From: a virus
Lineage: Duplodnaviria > Caudoviricetes
IMG/VR virus record: IMGVR_UViG_3300021255_000136
Location: 1-64,000 of that record
Direction: 5' to 3' (one strand)
Length of the DNA stretch: 64,000 bases
Shown: positions 16,623 to 25,599 of the stretch, piece by piece
How the letters are laid out: every line of letters begins with the position of its first letter
Position numbering within the stretch: position 1 is the first letter of the stretch
Position numbers and translations under genes: made by a program
The notes under the pieces: model-generated
Told to the model about the DNA's origin: nothing
The model's database searches: none
What the model saw: only the letters and a program-made list of their open reading frames with translations

Positions 16623-16790
16623 ATGACAATAGATCCAGAAGGTCCCTATCTTGTAGGACATTGCGACGTATGCGGCCAGGAGATCTGGTCCTACGATGAC
16701 CGCTACGAGATGGACAACAACGTCTACTATTGCTCGGACTATTGCCTGCTGTATGCGATGGATGTTTATAAGGTAAGGGGAGACGACTAA
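16623..16790 (+). CDS. small zinc-finger protein (HCDVCG...YCSDYC)
   Basis: Two CxxC pairs; AGGAAGGA SD. Confidence 0.65.
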   Translation: MTIDPEGPYLVGHCDVCGQEIWSYDDRYEMDNNVYYCSDYCLLYAMDVYKVRGDD

Positions 16791-17192
16791 ATGAAAAAGA
16801 AAAAAAGTTCTGCGTTTCATCAGGAACTTGTTGGAGACGATCTGAACATGATCAACATGTGCCTGAATTGTCCGTTCCCCCGTTGTGTTAACTGCATTGA
16901 CAGCAAGGGCAAACGCAGCACTCCTAGCGGTGAGAGGACGACGAGGCAGAACCATGGAGGCAGACCGAAGAAGGGACTATCCGGTGTGGAGAAGGTAGTA
17001 CTGCAGTACTATGTTACGTCGAAGGACGATGACGACATAGCAAGTCACTCGAAATATCATCCTCACTCAGTGTGTCAAGCCAGAATAAGGTTAGGCCTCC
17101 CTGTTTTGCGGAGAACTCCTATACCTATCCGGGAGCAACTTGTGGCTGAGGTAAAGGAAAGAATGAATAAGCTGTATGGAATTCAAGCCTAA
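16791..17192 (+). CDS. hypothetical basic protein with CLNC-CVNC motif
   Basis: GGGGAG SD; operon packing. Confidence 0.7.
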   Translation: MKKKKSSAFHQELVGDDLNMINMCLNCPFPRCVNCIDSKGKRSTPSGERTTRQNHGGRPKKGLSGVEKVVLQYYVTSKDDDDIASHSKYHPHSVCQARIRLGLPVLRRTPIPIREQLVAEVKERMNKLYGIQA

Positions 17193-18558
17193 GCCTTACC
17201 AAACCATAGCGATGGACTTCCTCCGTACCCATTCACATTGTGCTTTGTTCTTGGACATGGGGCTGGGAAAGACCGTCACTTCCCTTACTGTAGCCAAGGA
17301 ACTGATCGATGACTACCGAGTCGAGAAGGTTCTGGTCATTGCTCCGAAGCGAGTGGCCGAGGATACGTGGACACGTGAATGCGCAAAGTGGGATCACTTG
17401 AAAGGTCTTAGGATCAGCAAGGTACTCGGCTCCAAGTCAGACAGGATAGCGGCACTGGATGCAGATGCTGATATCTATGTTATTAACCGCGAGAATGTCC
17501 AGTGGCTTGTGGAATATACGAACGGGATCTGGCCGTTTGATATGGTTATCATAGATGAGCTGTCCAGTTTCAAATCCCCCCAGGCTAAGAGATTCAAGAT
17601 GCTGAAGCGAGTGATCAAGCAGTGTGATTATGTTTGGGGTCTGACAGGTACACCGGCATCGAACGGATATATGGACCTATGGGCTCAGATTTATCTGATC
17701 GATAATGGCGAGCGACTGGGTAAGTTTATCGGTTCGTATCGGCAGGAGTTCTTTTACGCCGGTGCTCACAATGGGTTCATCGTCTATGAGTACAAGCTGA
17801 GAACCGGAGCAAAGGAGAAGATAGACAGAAGACTTTCGGACATCTGCCTATCGATGAGTAAAGAAGATTGGCTGCAGATACCGCCGCTTATCTTTAATGA
17901 AGTCCGAGTTAAGATGACGAAGAAAGAACGGAAAGTATATGAGCAGTTCGAAGTTGATAAAGTCCTGCCTCTTCTCGAGAGCAAGCTGGGATCAATTGAT
18001 ACCATGGACTCCGCAGTTGTTGGGGAGACAGCAGCAACGCTCTCCGGGAAGTTATTGCAGATGGCAAACGGAGCAGTCTACGATGACAACGGAGGGGTCT
18101 TTCACCTCCACGATCAGAAGCTGGATGCGCTCGATGAAATCGTAGAGGCGTCACAGGGCCAGCCGATCCTAGTGTTCTACAGTTATAAGCATGACGTAGA
18201 CAGGATAAAAGCGCGGCATCCGGAAGCAGTTGTGCTGAAAGACAGCGCGGATATCCAGAGATGGAACAACGGAGAGATACCAATGTTACTCTGCCATCCT
18301 GCTTCTGCAGGTTACGGTATCAACCTGCAGGAAGGATCACATATCATGGTGTGGTTTGGCCTCCCCTATTCATTGGAGAATTATCAGCAGTCTATCGCCC
18401 GTCTGCATCGGCAGGGGCAGGAGCATCCGGTTATTGTCCATCACATTATCTGTGAGGGTACGCTAGATGAGAAGGTGCTGAAAGTACTACAGAGTAAGAA
18501 CGCAACACAGAAATCATTATTAGATGCACTAAAGAGGTACATTAAACATGACGATTAA
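17176..18558 (+). CDS. SNF2-family (SF2) helicase
   Basis: LFLDMGLGKT (Walker A), IIDELSSFKS (DExx), GLTGTPA, SAGYGINLQ, ARLHRQGQ. Confidence 0.95.
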   Translation: MEFKPKPYQTIAMDFLRTHSHCALFLDMGLGKTVTSLTVAKELIDDYRVEKVLVIAPKRVAEDTWTRECAKWDHLKGLRISKVLGSKSDRIAALDADADIYVINRENVQWLVEYTNGIWPFDMVIIDELSSFKSPQAKRFKMLKRVIKQCDYVWGLTGTPASNGYMDLWAQIYLIDNGERLGKFIGSYRQEFFYAGAHNGFIVYEYKLRTGAKEKIDRRLSDICLSMSKEDWLQIPPLIFNEVRVKMTKKERKVYEQFEVDKVLPLLESKLGSIDTMDSAVVGETAATLSGKLLQMANGAVYDDNGGVFHLHDQKLDALDEIVEASQGQPILVFYSYKHDVDRIKARHPEAVVLKDSADIQRWNNGEIPMLLCHPASAGYGINLQEGSHIMVWFGLPYSLENYQQSIARLHRQGQEHPVIVHHIICEGTLDEKVLKVLQSKNATQKSLLDALKRYIKHDD

Positions 18559-18919
18559 AAACATTTATATCGCAGACGACGGCGAAGAGTTCGAGACCGA
18601 GGAAGAATGCCTCGAATATGAGGAACAGCTGAGATGCATCGACGGTGTGGATATGTTCACCTACACATTCGAAAAATGTAACCAGGGTGGACTCGAAGCA
18701 TTTGAACATGCGACGTATATGTTCATCAGTGATCCGGATAGAGCGGAGAAGTACTTTGAATATGTACAGAGGGAAGGTGGCTATGATACACCAGGCTACT
18801 TTATTCCCGGGGACTGTCTCAGATATGATGAGCGTTCTGATAGCTGGGTCAACATGCGTGATGAGATCCAAGAGCTGCAGGACAATCTTCTCAAGCTGAT
18901 GATGCAGGTGGACAAATGA
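18548..18919 (+). CDS. hypothetical protein (IYIADDGEEFETEEECLEYE family)
   Basis: AGAGGT SD; overlap with helicase stop. Confidence 0.75.
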   Translation: MTIKNIYIADDGEEFETEEECLEYEEQLRCIDGVDMFTYTFEKCNQGGLEAFEHATYMFISDPDRAEKYFEYVQREGGYDTPGYFIPGDCLRYDERSDSWVNMRDEIQELQDNLLKLMMQVDK

Positions 18920-19341
18920 AAGACCTGCGTCTATATGAGAAGCACAACGGCAGTAATCCAGTCGAGTACGGTTTCGGCCGGGAGTGGGTAGCAATGGCAA
19001 TGTACATGGACGACTACCCCAGGTTCTACAACGAGGACGACGCTGTCCTCTACTGGTTCCGGACAGTCAGGGAAGAGGATGTCCTCGACTGGTACCACAA
19101 CGACTATAAGAAGTACATGGAGGAACAGTATGCAAACAATAAAGCAGCCGATGATCCAGATCAACTCGACGAACCCGGCAGTGATCCAGGGGATGAAGCT
19201 GATGGCTCAGGCGAAGAAGCAGAAGGAGAAGCGGGAGAAAGAAGCGGAGAAGCAGAAGACGAAGAGTCCGCAGACGTGGGCGATAGACTTCGACGGGACG
19301 ATTACTACTGGCGGGGCTTGGCCGAATATTGGGAAGCCTAA
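18916..19341 (+). CDS. hypothetical protein; acidic tail overlaps next gene
   Basis: ATGA coupling; 212-bp overlap with 19130..19621 makes the 3' part uncertain. Confidence 0.5.
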   Translation: MKDLRLYEKHNGSNPVEYGFGREWVAMAMYMDDYPRFYNEDDAVLYWFRTVREEDVLDWYHNDYKKYMEEQYANNKAADDPDQLDEPGSDPGDEADGSGEEAEGEAGERSGEAEDEESADVGDRLRRDDYYWRGLAEYWEA

Positions 19342-19621
19342 CGTCAACCTCATCGAGTTGCTGAAGTTGGCCCGGACTATGGGAGTCAAGCTGATCCTGT
19401 GGACGAGCCGAGAGGGACACTACCTTGACGAGGCAATTGAGTTCTGCAGGGACTACGGTCTGGAGTTCGACGCAATCAACGACAACCTTCCAGAGACGAA
19501 GGAGCATGTCGGCGGGAACCCACGGAAAGTGATAGCGCATCTGTTCATCGATGATCGTGCGTTCCACTTCTGGGGTGAAGAAGGAGAGAGAAAGCTTTGG
19601 GAGTTAGTGCAGAAGCTGTAA
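19130..19621 (+). CDS. HAD-superfamily hydrolase/phosphatase
   Basis: WAIDFDGT (motif I), LILWTSRE (motif II), RKVIAHLFIDDRA (motifs III/IV); GGAGG SD. Confidence 0.85.
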   Translation: MQTIKQPMIQINSTNPAVIQGMKLMAQAKKQKEKREKEAEKQKTKSPQTWAIDFDGTITTGGAWPNIGKPNVNLIELLKLARTMGVKLILWTSREGHYLDEAIEFCRDYGLEFDAINDNLPETKEHVGGNPRKVIAHLFIDDRAFHFWGEEGERKLWELVQKL

Positions 19622-20064
19622 GATCTTTCCTCGAATCCGCCCTCCTGTTCTCTTCCCTATCCGAAGACCAGCGGAACAGATACCTCACAATGTATGAGGC
19701 AGCTACCAAAACCACCACGGCTATAACAGGGATGCCGGGTGGTGGAGGATCTGATCGGAACATGACGCTGGCCAACCTCGGTGACGCCGAGAGTAGTCTG
19801 CATCGGTGGGAAGAGATCGTTGAGAAAAAACGAAATGTAATTCGGCAGTTTTTAAAAGATGCGGAAATCGATTCATATTATAAGGACATCCTCTGGCGAA
19901 GGTACATCATGGGAGCTAGCTGGGATATGATCCTTCTGATACTAAGGGATAAGCATGAATTATCCCAGCGAAAGTTATTCTATGACCACAACAAAGCCCT
20001 CGAAGCTGCAGCTGCCTGGGTGAATGAAACTGGTAAATATAAAGAAGAGGTACTTAACAAATGA
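19597..20064 (+). CDS. ArpU/RinA-like (DUF1492-type) late transcription activator
   Basis: TTAITGMPGGGG...ILWRRYIMGASWDMI...SQRKLFYDHNKAL; TTG start with AAGGAG SD. Confidence 0.7.
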   Translation: MGVSAEAVRSFLESALLFSSLSEDQRNRYLTMYEAATKTTTAITGMPGGGGSDRNMTLANLGDAESSLHRWEEIVEKKRNVIRQFLKDAEIDSYYKDILWRRYIMGASWDMILLILRDKHELSQRKLFYDHNKALEAAAAWVNETGKYKEEVLNK

Positions 20065-20372
20065 CAAGACAAGAGATACTAGAGAACGCGCTTCAGTGTG
20101 TGAACGGTGATCGCGAGCAAGACTATGGTACTCCGGAAACAAATTTTCTTTCCATTGCTGCTATGTGGAACATTTACATAGCCAGGATCGGGCATCGGCT
20201 TTTGGATGCTAAAGACGTTGCTGCCATGCTTTCCATGCTGAAGATCATCCGCATCGCATCTGGCCATGCTAAAGCTGACAACTGGATTGACCTCGCAGGA
20301 TATGCAGCTTGCGGTGGAGAGATCGAGATCAGCGCACTGGAGAATATGGCAGAGGTTCCTGCCGATGAGTGA
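20061..20372 (+). CDS. DUF6378-like phage protein
   Basis: EILENALQCVNGDREQDYGTPETNF..IA.MW...DVA.ML.MLKI.R...DNWIDLAGYAACGGE. Confidence 0.85.
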   Translation: MTRQEILENALQCVNGDREQDYGTPETNFLSIAAMWNIYIARIGHRLLDAKDVAAMLSMLKIIRIASGHAKADNWIDLAGYAACGGEIEISALENMAEVPADE

Positions 20373-20523
20373 GCCTCATTACATGAGCTACGGTAAGCTG
20401 GAACTTTTGCCAGAGCCTGGAGATAAGTTCCGCCTACTGATCGATGGCAAAGAGGTACGGCGCGGAATTCGTAGGAAGGATGTGCCGAAAGCAATAGCAG
20501 AGGAGTTGGAGAAGTATGAGTAA
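20365..20523 (+). CDS. small hypothetical protein
   Basis: AGAGGT SD; fills the gap. Confidence 0.55.
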   Translation: MSEPHYMSYGKLELLPEPGDKFRLLIDGKEVRRGIRRKDVPKAIAEELEKYE

Positions 20524-20875
20524 GTTCAGCGGTAAGTGTGATCTGTATGATTGGTTTGGCATGATCGCCTGTGAACCTGGGGAGACTCCGTTCGAATGTT
20601 ACAAGCGTTTAGGCTCAGAGATTTTTTATTCATATGGTGGGGATGATCGTCCTGTTCGAATTGAGAAGCCCTCCGATCTGGTTATGTTCTATCCGTTTAT
20701 TGCTGGCGCACACATCTATTCAAAGGACGGGGATGATATACACTGGATATCTAAGGGGAGTTATCTTGCAGACATTTGTATGTATGCTCCTGCTACAGCA
20801 GCCAGGTACTTACAGGATCTTCTGGATGAGTACTGGAGGGTAAGAGATGCCGAAGACCCGAAGTACACAGGATGA
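20516..20875 (+). CDS. hypothetical protein (MSKFSGKCDLYD family)
   Basis: GGAG SD; operon packing. Confidence 0.75.
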   Translation: MSKFSGKCDLYDWFGMIACEPGETPFECYKRLGSEIFYSYGGDDRPVRIEKPSDLVMFYPFIAGAHIYSKDGDDIHWISKGSYLADICMYAPATAARYLQDLLDEYWRVRDAEDPKYTG

Positions 20876-21209
20876 GATAGAAGAGTTTCTGACCGTCGAG
20901 GAATACAAACCGATGGTCGAGAAACTGGAAGAGCAAGTAAGGAACAGAGAAGTAAAGATAGCTGCTCTCGAGTCAGAGCTGAAGGCCCAGCAGGACAAAG
21001 AAAAAGAGCACAGGCAAGCGGATCTCAACAACACCTATGCGTGGATGAGCGAGGCCATGAGACTGAGGCGGCTGTCGGAAATGCTAGGTGAGGACTTAAT
21101 GGAATATAAGAAACGAGCGGAGAAAGCGGAACGCGGATTGCGTAATATGCAGAAGTGGATCGAGATCTCCGGCGAGAAAGGAGCGCCCCGTGGACCAGAA
21201 TATCTCTGA
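20847..21209 (+). CDS. coiled-coil hypothetical protein
   Basis: Heptad-like E/K/L pattern; GGAGG SD. Confidence 0.7.
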   Translation: MPKTRSTQDEIEEFLTVEEYKPMVEKLEEQVRNREVKIAALESELKAQQDKEKEHRQADLNNTYAWMSEAMRLRRLSEMLGEDLMEYKKRAEKAERGLRNMQKWIEISGEKGAPRGPEYL

Positions 21210-21384
21210 AGAAGTATGGATCGGCCCATACGATGACGCTCCGGATTGCGTATATAACGATTGTGTTGGTTGTTATTACCATCATTGTGAGGATTGTGGA
21301 TGGAACCCCTTCGTGTCCCTTGCCCGCGTCACAGTAAAATACGGTGAGAAAGCTGCGGACCATTTAACGATGAACGCAGGCTAG
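21190..21384 (+). CDS. small Cys-rich protein
   Basis: DCVYNDCVGC...CEDCGWNP; AAAGGAG SD. Confidence 0.65.
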   Translation: MDQNISEEVWIGPYDDAPDCVYNDCVGCYYHHCEDCGWNPFVSLARVTVKYGEKAADHLTMNAG

Positions 21385-21394
21385 GGAGGTATTC

Positions 21395-23353
21395 GTGAAT
21401 ATTACAATAACAGAATTCACGAGCAGGAGAAATCCTAACGGTGTAGTAAAGAACACCACCTGGTCTGACCTGGTCAAGCGGCTGAAGACTCCGGTCTATA
21501 CTGAGGAGTCAATCGATGAATACTGGGCGATGTCAAACGAGGATCGCACAGACGCAAAGGATGTAGGCGGATATGTAGCCGGTGAGTTTGAGGGCGGCAA
21601 GCGTGAGAAGAAACTGCTGAAGAGCAGATACATTCTTACCATCGACGCGGACGATGCAACCGATCATGACGTTGAAGACTTCCAGTTCATGAACGAGCAT
21701 GTGATGTTCTTCTGTCACTCCACCCATACCAGCACCGAAAAGAATCCTAGACTCAGGTGGCTGTTCCCTCTGGCTCGTCCGGTAACAGCAGAAGAGTATA
21801 GAGATCTGGTAGGAATCGTGGCCTCCTGGGTTGGTTCGAGTACCATAGACGAAACGACAGACCAGCCTGAGCGTCTGATGTTCTGGCCATCCGTTTCATG
21901 GGATGCGCACTACGCATACTGGGAGGGCGGAGATACTCCCATCGATCCGGACGAGATACTGGTCGAGGTAGATCCCGGAGAAATGCAGCCTGTCGAGTAC
22001 TCCCCCACAACATCATCGGATACTACAATAGTTTTTGATGATGACGGGAAGATCCCCCAGGGTATGAGGAATAGAACAGTGTTCCGGTACGCATCCAAAC
22101 TCCGCGAGGCCGGGCTTGATGCAGATATCATTCTTGAGTCGATCCGTCTGTTCAATGAGAAGTATTGCGATCCTCCCCTTCCAGACACCGAGCTGAAGAC
22201 TATCACCGGCTCTACGAATAGATTCCCCAAAGGCGAGAAGATCACAGCGGATATGTACACCGCTGATGATGACTTCAATGATATGGGCGAGTCTAAGAAG
22301 AGGCAGCTCGCTCCTCCTCTGGAGAACGGCAACCAACTTCTCAGCAGGTACATCCAGCCAGCAGTTTTCCTCGTGGAGGACATGGTGACTACGGGACTGG
22401 GAATGGTGGTAGCTCCTCCGAAGTTTGGCAAGTCGTGGTTCGCACTTGACCTGGCTATCTCTATAGCAACAGGCCGAGAGTTCTTCGGGAAGAAAACAGT
22501 TAAGTCCGGGGTTCTGTACTATGCCTTGGAAGATAACGACCGTCGAATTCAGAATCGTCTGGACGAGGTATCCGGAAAGGATAAGGAGCTTGCGTGGTTC
22601 TATCATAAAGAAGAGGCCCCGACTATGGACGAAGGACTATTCGATGAGATCGATGCCTACCTCAAGATGTATCCGGAGATTAAGTTCATCGTGATCGATA
22701 CCCTGCAGAAGGTCAGGCCACCTGCCAAAAGATCTGAGGGCGCATACTCCAACGACTACAATGACGCAGGTAAGATTCAGAAGTACGCGCTGAAGAGAGA
22801 CATCTCGATTCTGCTTGTCCATCACACGAGAAAGATCATAGATCCAAACGATCTGATCGGAAACATCAGCGGCACGAATGGTCTGTCCGGTGCTATCGAC
22901 TATGCGTTTGGTATGTCCAAGAAGAAGTGGGATGATGACGAGGCAAAGCTTGAACTCACAGGCCGAGACATCAATAAGCAGACGTACATGATGACCTTCA
23001 ACCAGATTTCTTACCGCTGGGAGAACCTCGGATCAGAGAAGCAGGTAAAAGAGTCCGAGGCCGATAGGATGTATAACGAAGATCCTGTTGTGAAAACTAT
23101 CAAGTATTACCTTGATCTCGTTGAAGAAGAGACAGATGAAGACCCGGTAGTCTGGAATGCTACAGCCAAGGAACTATATGACAACTGCTTACAGCTGTAC
23201 CATACAGCCGGAGAAGGCACAGACTCGAAGCAGAAGCTTGGTATTAGAGTAAACGCTTTAGCCGAAACTCTCCAGCGTAGAGATGATATCGTTGTGTCGA
23301 AGGGGCATGACCGGAGCGGTAACTATTACATCTTTACCAGAGACCGTTTATAA
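21395..23353 (+). CDS. primase-helicase (prim-pol-like N-terminus, PriCT-1, AAA_25/RepA-type helicase)
   Basis: ILTIDADD...HSTHTS...PRLRW; GMRNRTVFRYASKLR...NEKYCDPPLPDTELKTI (PriCT); APPKFGKS (Walker A), FIVIDTLQ (Walker B), VHHTRK; GTG start with GGGAGGT SD. Confidence 0.9.
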   Translation: MNITITEFTSRRNPNGVVKNTTWSDLVKRLKTPVYTEESIDEYWAMSNEDRTDAKDVGGYVAGEFEGGKREKKLLKSRYILTIDADDATDHDVEDFQFMNEHVMFFCHSTHTSTEKNPRLRWLFPLARPVTAEEYRDLVGIVASWVGSSTIDETTDQPERLMFWPSVSWDAHYAYWEGGDTPIDPDEILVEVDPGEMQPVEYSPTTSSDTTIVFDDDGKIPQGMRNRTVFRYASKLREAGLDADIILESIRLFNEKYCDPPLPDTELKTITGSTNRFPKGEKITADMYTADDDFNDMGESKKRQLAPPLENGNQLLSRYIQPAVFLVEDMVTTGLGMVVAPPKFGKSWFALDLAISIATGREFFGKKTVKSGVLYYALEDNDRRIQNRLDEVSGKDKELAWFYHKEEAPTMDEGLFDEIDAYLKMYPEIKFIVIDTLQKVRPPAKRSEGAYSNDYNDAGKIQKYALKRDISILLVHHTRKIIDPNDLIGNISGTNGLSGAIDYAFGMSKKKWDDDEAKLELTGRDINKQTYMMTFNQISYRWENLGSEKQVKESEADRMYNEDPVVKTIKYYLDLVEEETDEDPVVWNATAKELYDNCLQLYHTAGEGTDSKQKLGIRVNALAETLQRRDDIVVSKGHDRSGNYYIFTRDRL

Positions 23354-23371
23354 TTTTCAACTAAAAGTTTG

Positions 23372-23423
23372 TTGACTTTGTCCGTATGTGTAGGTTACAA
23401 TGTGGAGGAAATCAATCCTCCAC
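23372..23423 (+). promoter_or_regulatory. integrase promoter and leader hairpin
   Basis: TTGACT-N18-TACAAT, then GTGGAGGA-AATCAA-TCCTCCAC stem-loop. Confidence 0.6.
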
Positions 23424-23454
23424 TAAGCCTGCAAGCTAACAGGAGGAAAAACAA

Positions 23455-24558
23455 ATGGCCAATAAAAAATTAGTTAAAGTATCTCTTCAGCTCCCGGACA
23501 AGAGCAGAAAGTACTTTTACGGAAAGACAAAGAAGGAGGCAGAGCAGAAAAGAGAAGAAGCAAAGCGGAAGCTTTTTATGGGATTCGATGTGGGCAACAC
23601 CACCACATTCGAGGAACTGGCTGACCTCTGGCTCACAGAGTACAAGGCCCAGCGCAAACTCCATATACGGACAAAGGAATCCACTGAGGACATAGTCAAG
23701 CGGTACATCCTGCCAGAGCTTGGAAGCAAAAGGGTAAAGGATATCAAGCCAGCAAATATCGACCGCATGCTGCTGAACATCTCTCACCTGTCCAAGAGTA
23801 CACAGGAGAAGGTTCTGACGTATACGAACAAGATCTTCAACAAAGCTGTAGAGAACGATATCATTCCTCACTCCCCCGCGTTCAATAAGAAGCCTACAGC
23901 GGATAAGCCAGAGAAGGTAAGGCCGCTCACCGACGCACAGTGCGAGGCTTTACTGAAAGCAACAAAGGGAACCAGGGTGTACCCGTTCATCGTTGTCTGT
24001 CTGTTCAGTGGTCTGCGCAAAGGCGAGGCAGCCGGACTGATGTGGAAGGATCTGGACTTCGAGAACCGGATGATCCATGTTGAGAGATCTATCGTATGGC
24101 CGAAGTCCAATCGCCAGGGCGAGATCAATACTCTAATGAAATCTGATGCAGCCCATAGAAAGATCCCGATGGCACCGGAGATCTACCAGGTTCTGAAGCC
24201 ACTGAAGTCAGGAAGCAAATCCCTGTACGTGTTCCCCTGCAAGACCGGCGGCTTCATGACAGCGGAATCCATCCGTAGTATGTGGAGCTTCGTAACGAAC
24301 CGGACAGTCGGTGGGCCGAGTACAGGATATCATCTCAAGCCAACACTGGACTTCCATGTTACACCGCATGTCCTGCGCCACACCTGCTGCACGAGATGGA
24401 TCGCCAATGGGATGCAGCCTAAAGAAGCACAGTACCTCATGGGCCATGCCTCGCCGGATATCACGATGGCTATTTATGCAGAATATATGGCTGAACAGGA
24501 ATTGCCTAAGACCGCAGAAAAAATTAATTCCGAGAATCTCCGGCTGGCTCTGGGATAA
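23455..24558 (+). CDS. int: tyrosine integrase
   Basis: N-terminal arm-binding region (KYFYGKTKKEA), SGLRKGE (R), HVLRH (HxxR), MGHAS...TMAIY (H, Y). Confidence 0.95.
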   Translation: MANKKLVKVSLQLPDKSRKYFYGKTKKEAEQKREEAKRKLFMGFDVGNTTTFEELADLWLTEYKAQRKLHIRTKESTEDIVKRYILPELGSKRVKDIKPANIDRMLLNISHLSKSTQEKVLTYTNKIFNKAVENDIIPHSPAFNKKPTADKPEKVRPLTDAQCEALLKATKGTRVYPFIVVCLFSGLRKGEAAGLMWKDLDFENRMIHVERSIVWPKSNRQGEINTLMKSDAAHRKIPMAPEIYQVLKPLKSGSKSLYVFPCKTGGFMTAESIRSMWSFVTNRTVGGPSTGYHLKPTLDFHVTPHVLRHTCCTRWIANGMQPKEAQYLMGHASPDITMAIYAEYMAEQELPKTAEKINSENLRLALG

Positions 24559-24566
24559 AAAATTTG

Positions 24567-24921
24567 TACCACATAAATGTGGTACTCCTGTGGTAGTACT
24601 ACCACATAACCACCACACGGCAGCGAACTCTGGCTTTGTACCACGTAAGTACCACGCAAAAACGACAACAGTAGCTATACATTCGCAACATTTGTTTACT
24701 ATATTTTATCATGTTTGCAACAAATGTGAAATTAATATAGTAAAAAAAGTTCCCAGATTCAAGCGATTTACTTAAATCTGAGAACTTTTTGAAGTGGCAG
24801 CGGGAGAAGGATTCGAACCCTCACATACGGAGTCAGAGGAAGCCTGTCCTAAACCTCCAACTGCCAAGTAATCACTGGTGGTTTAGGCATGTAACAATTT
24901 GTAATACCACATAAATACCAC
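24567..24921. promoter_or_regulatory. putative integrase arm-type sites (TACCAC repeats) flanking the att core
   Basis: TACCAC at 24567, 24600, 24639, 24650, 24905, 24916; GTGGTA at 24579, 24590; pairs spaced 11 bp. Confidence 0.65.
24795..24838 (-). mobile_element. attP core = 3' half of a tRNA-Gln(CTG) gene
   Basis: Minus strand CT-CTG-AC-TCCGT-ATGT-GAGGG-TTCGAAT-CCTTC-TCCCGCT-G-CCA; similarity stops at the anticodon loop; 240 bp downstream of integrase. Confidence 0.85.
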
Positions 24922-25023
24922 AGCAAAAGTTTAACATAAAGATTTATTTATAAAACAGCAGATGCTTAGTTACGGATTGATTTCATTTTGTAGTATTTAT
25001 ATTCTAAGAAAGGAACGTTTTTG

Positions 25024-25281
25024 ATGGAATTCAATAAGAAATATACACTCGTAATGGAAGTTTATTCAAACGTAGAAGGGCTTCCGGGGGCTTATGCCAC
25101 TGCGAAAATTGAATCAAACGACGGTTCGATAAGCAAAAGCAGAGCCTGGATCGACAAGGAATTTCCCACAAAAGAAACAATTGGAGATTTCTTTCACGAG
25201 CTTTTCGACGAATTCGTCCCCCGAAAAACGGCGGAAGAACCGGCGAAACCTGTAGTAAAGAGAGGTAAAAAGAATGGTTGA
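25024..25281 (+). CDS. hypothetical protein
   Basis: GAAAGGA SD. Confidence 0.65.
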   Translation: MEFNKKYTLVMEVYSNVEGLPGAYATAKIESNDGSISKSRAWIDKEFPTKETIGDFFHELFDEFVPRKTAEEPAKPVVKRGKKNG

Positions 25282-25519
25282 TCGTATTCCGAAACAGGAG
25301 ATAGCTTTACATCATGAGGAGGATGTGTGGCCACTTGTAAAGGTGCTGATTGATAACAACTATGTCGTGATGGTAAGCCAGGAGGAAGAGCTCTGGATTA
25401 TCAATTATATATGGGCAACGTATTCAAGCCAAGCAAATAGGAACGATGTTGTATTCATGCCGATAGACGATTTCGAGATGAATTTCTACGAGCGGTGTGA
25501 CGACGAGGATGAGGAGTAA
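25274..25519 (+). CDS. acidic hypothetical protein
   Basis: AGAGGT SD; overlap with upstream stop. Confidence 0.7.
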   Translation: MVDRIPKQEIALHHEEDVWPLVKVLIDNNYVVMVSQEEELWIINYIWATYSSQANRNDVVFMPIDDFEMNFYERCDDEDEE

Positions 25520-25536
25520 ATTTTTTTAATTTTCTA

Positions 25537-25565
25537 TTGACTCGAATTGAGTCATGTGATATGAT
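25537..25565 (+). promoter_or_regulatory. sigma-A promoter overlapped by a perfect TGACTC-N5-GAGTCA operator
   Basis: TTGACT-N17-TATGAT with extended TG; palindrome at 25538-25554. Confidence 0.8.
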
Positions 25566-25599
25566 TCATTTAGAAACATACGAATGAGGAGCAAATGCA

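Noticed and set aside
24795-24838. Functional tRNA-Gln(CTG) gene
   Set aside because: The 5' half is missing and the anticodon stem cannot form; interpreted as an att core.
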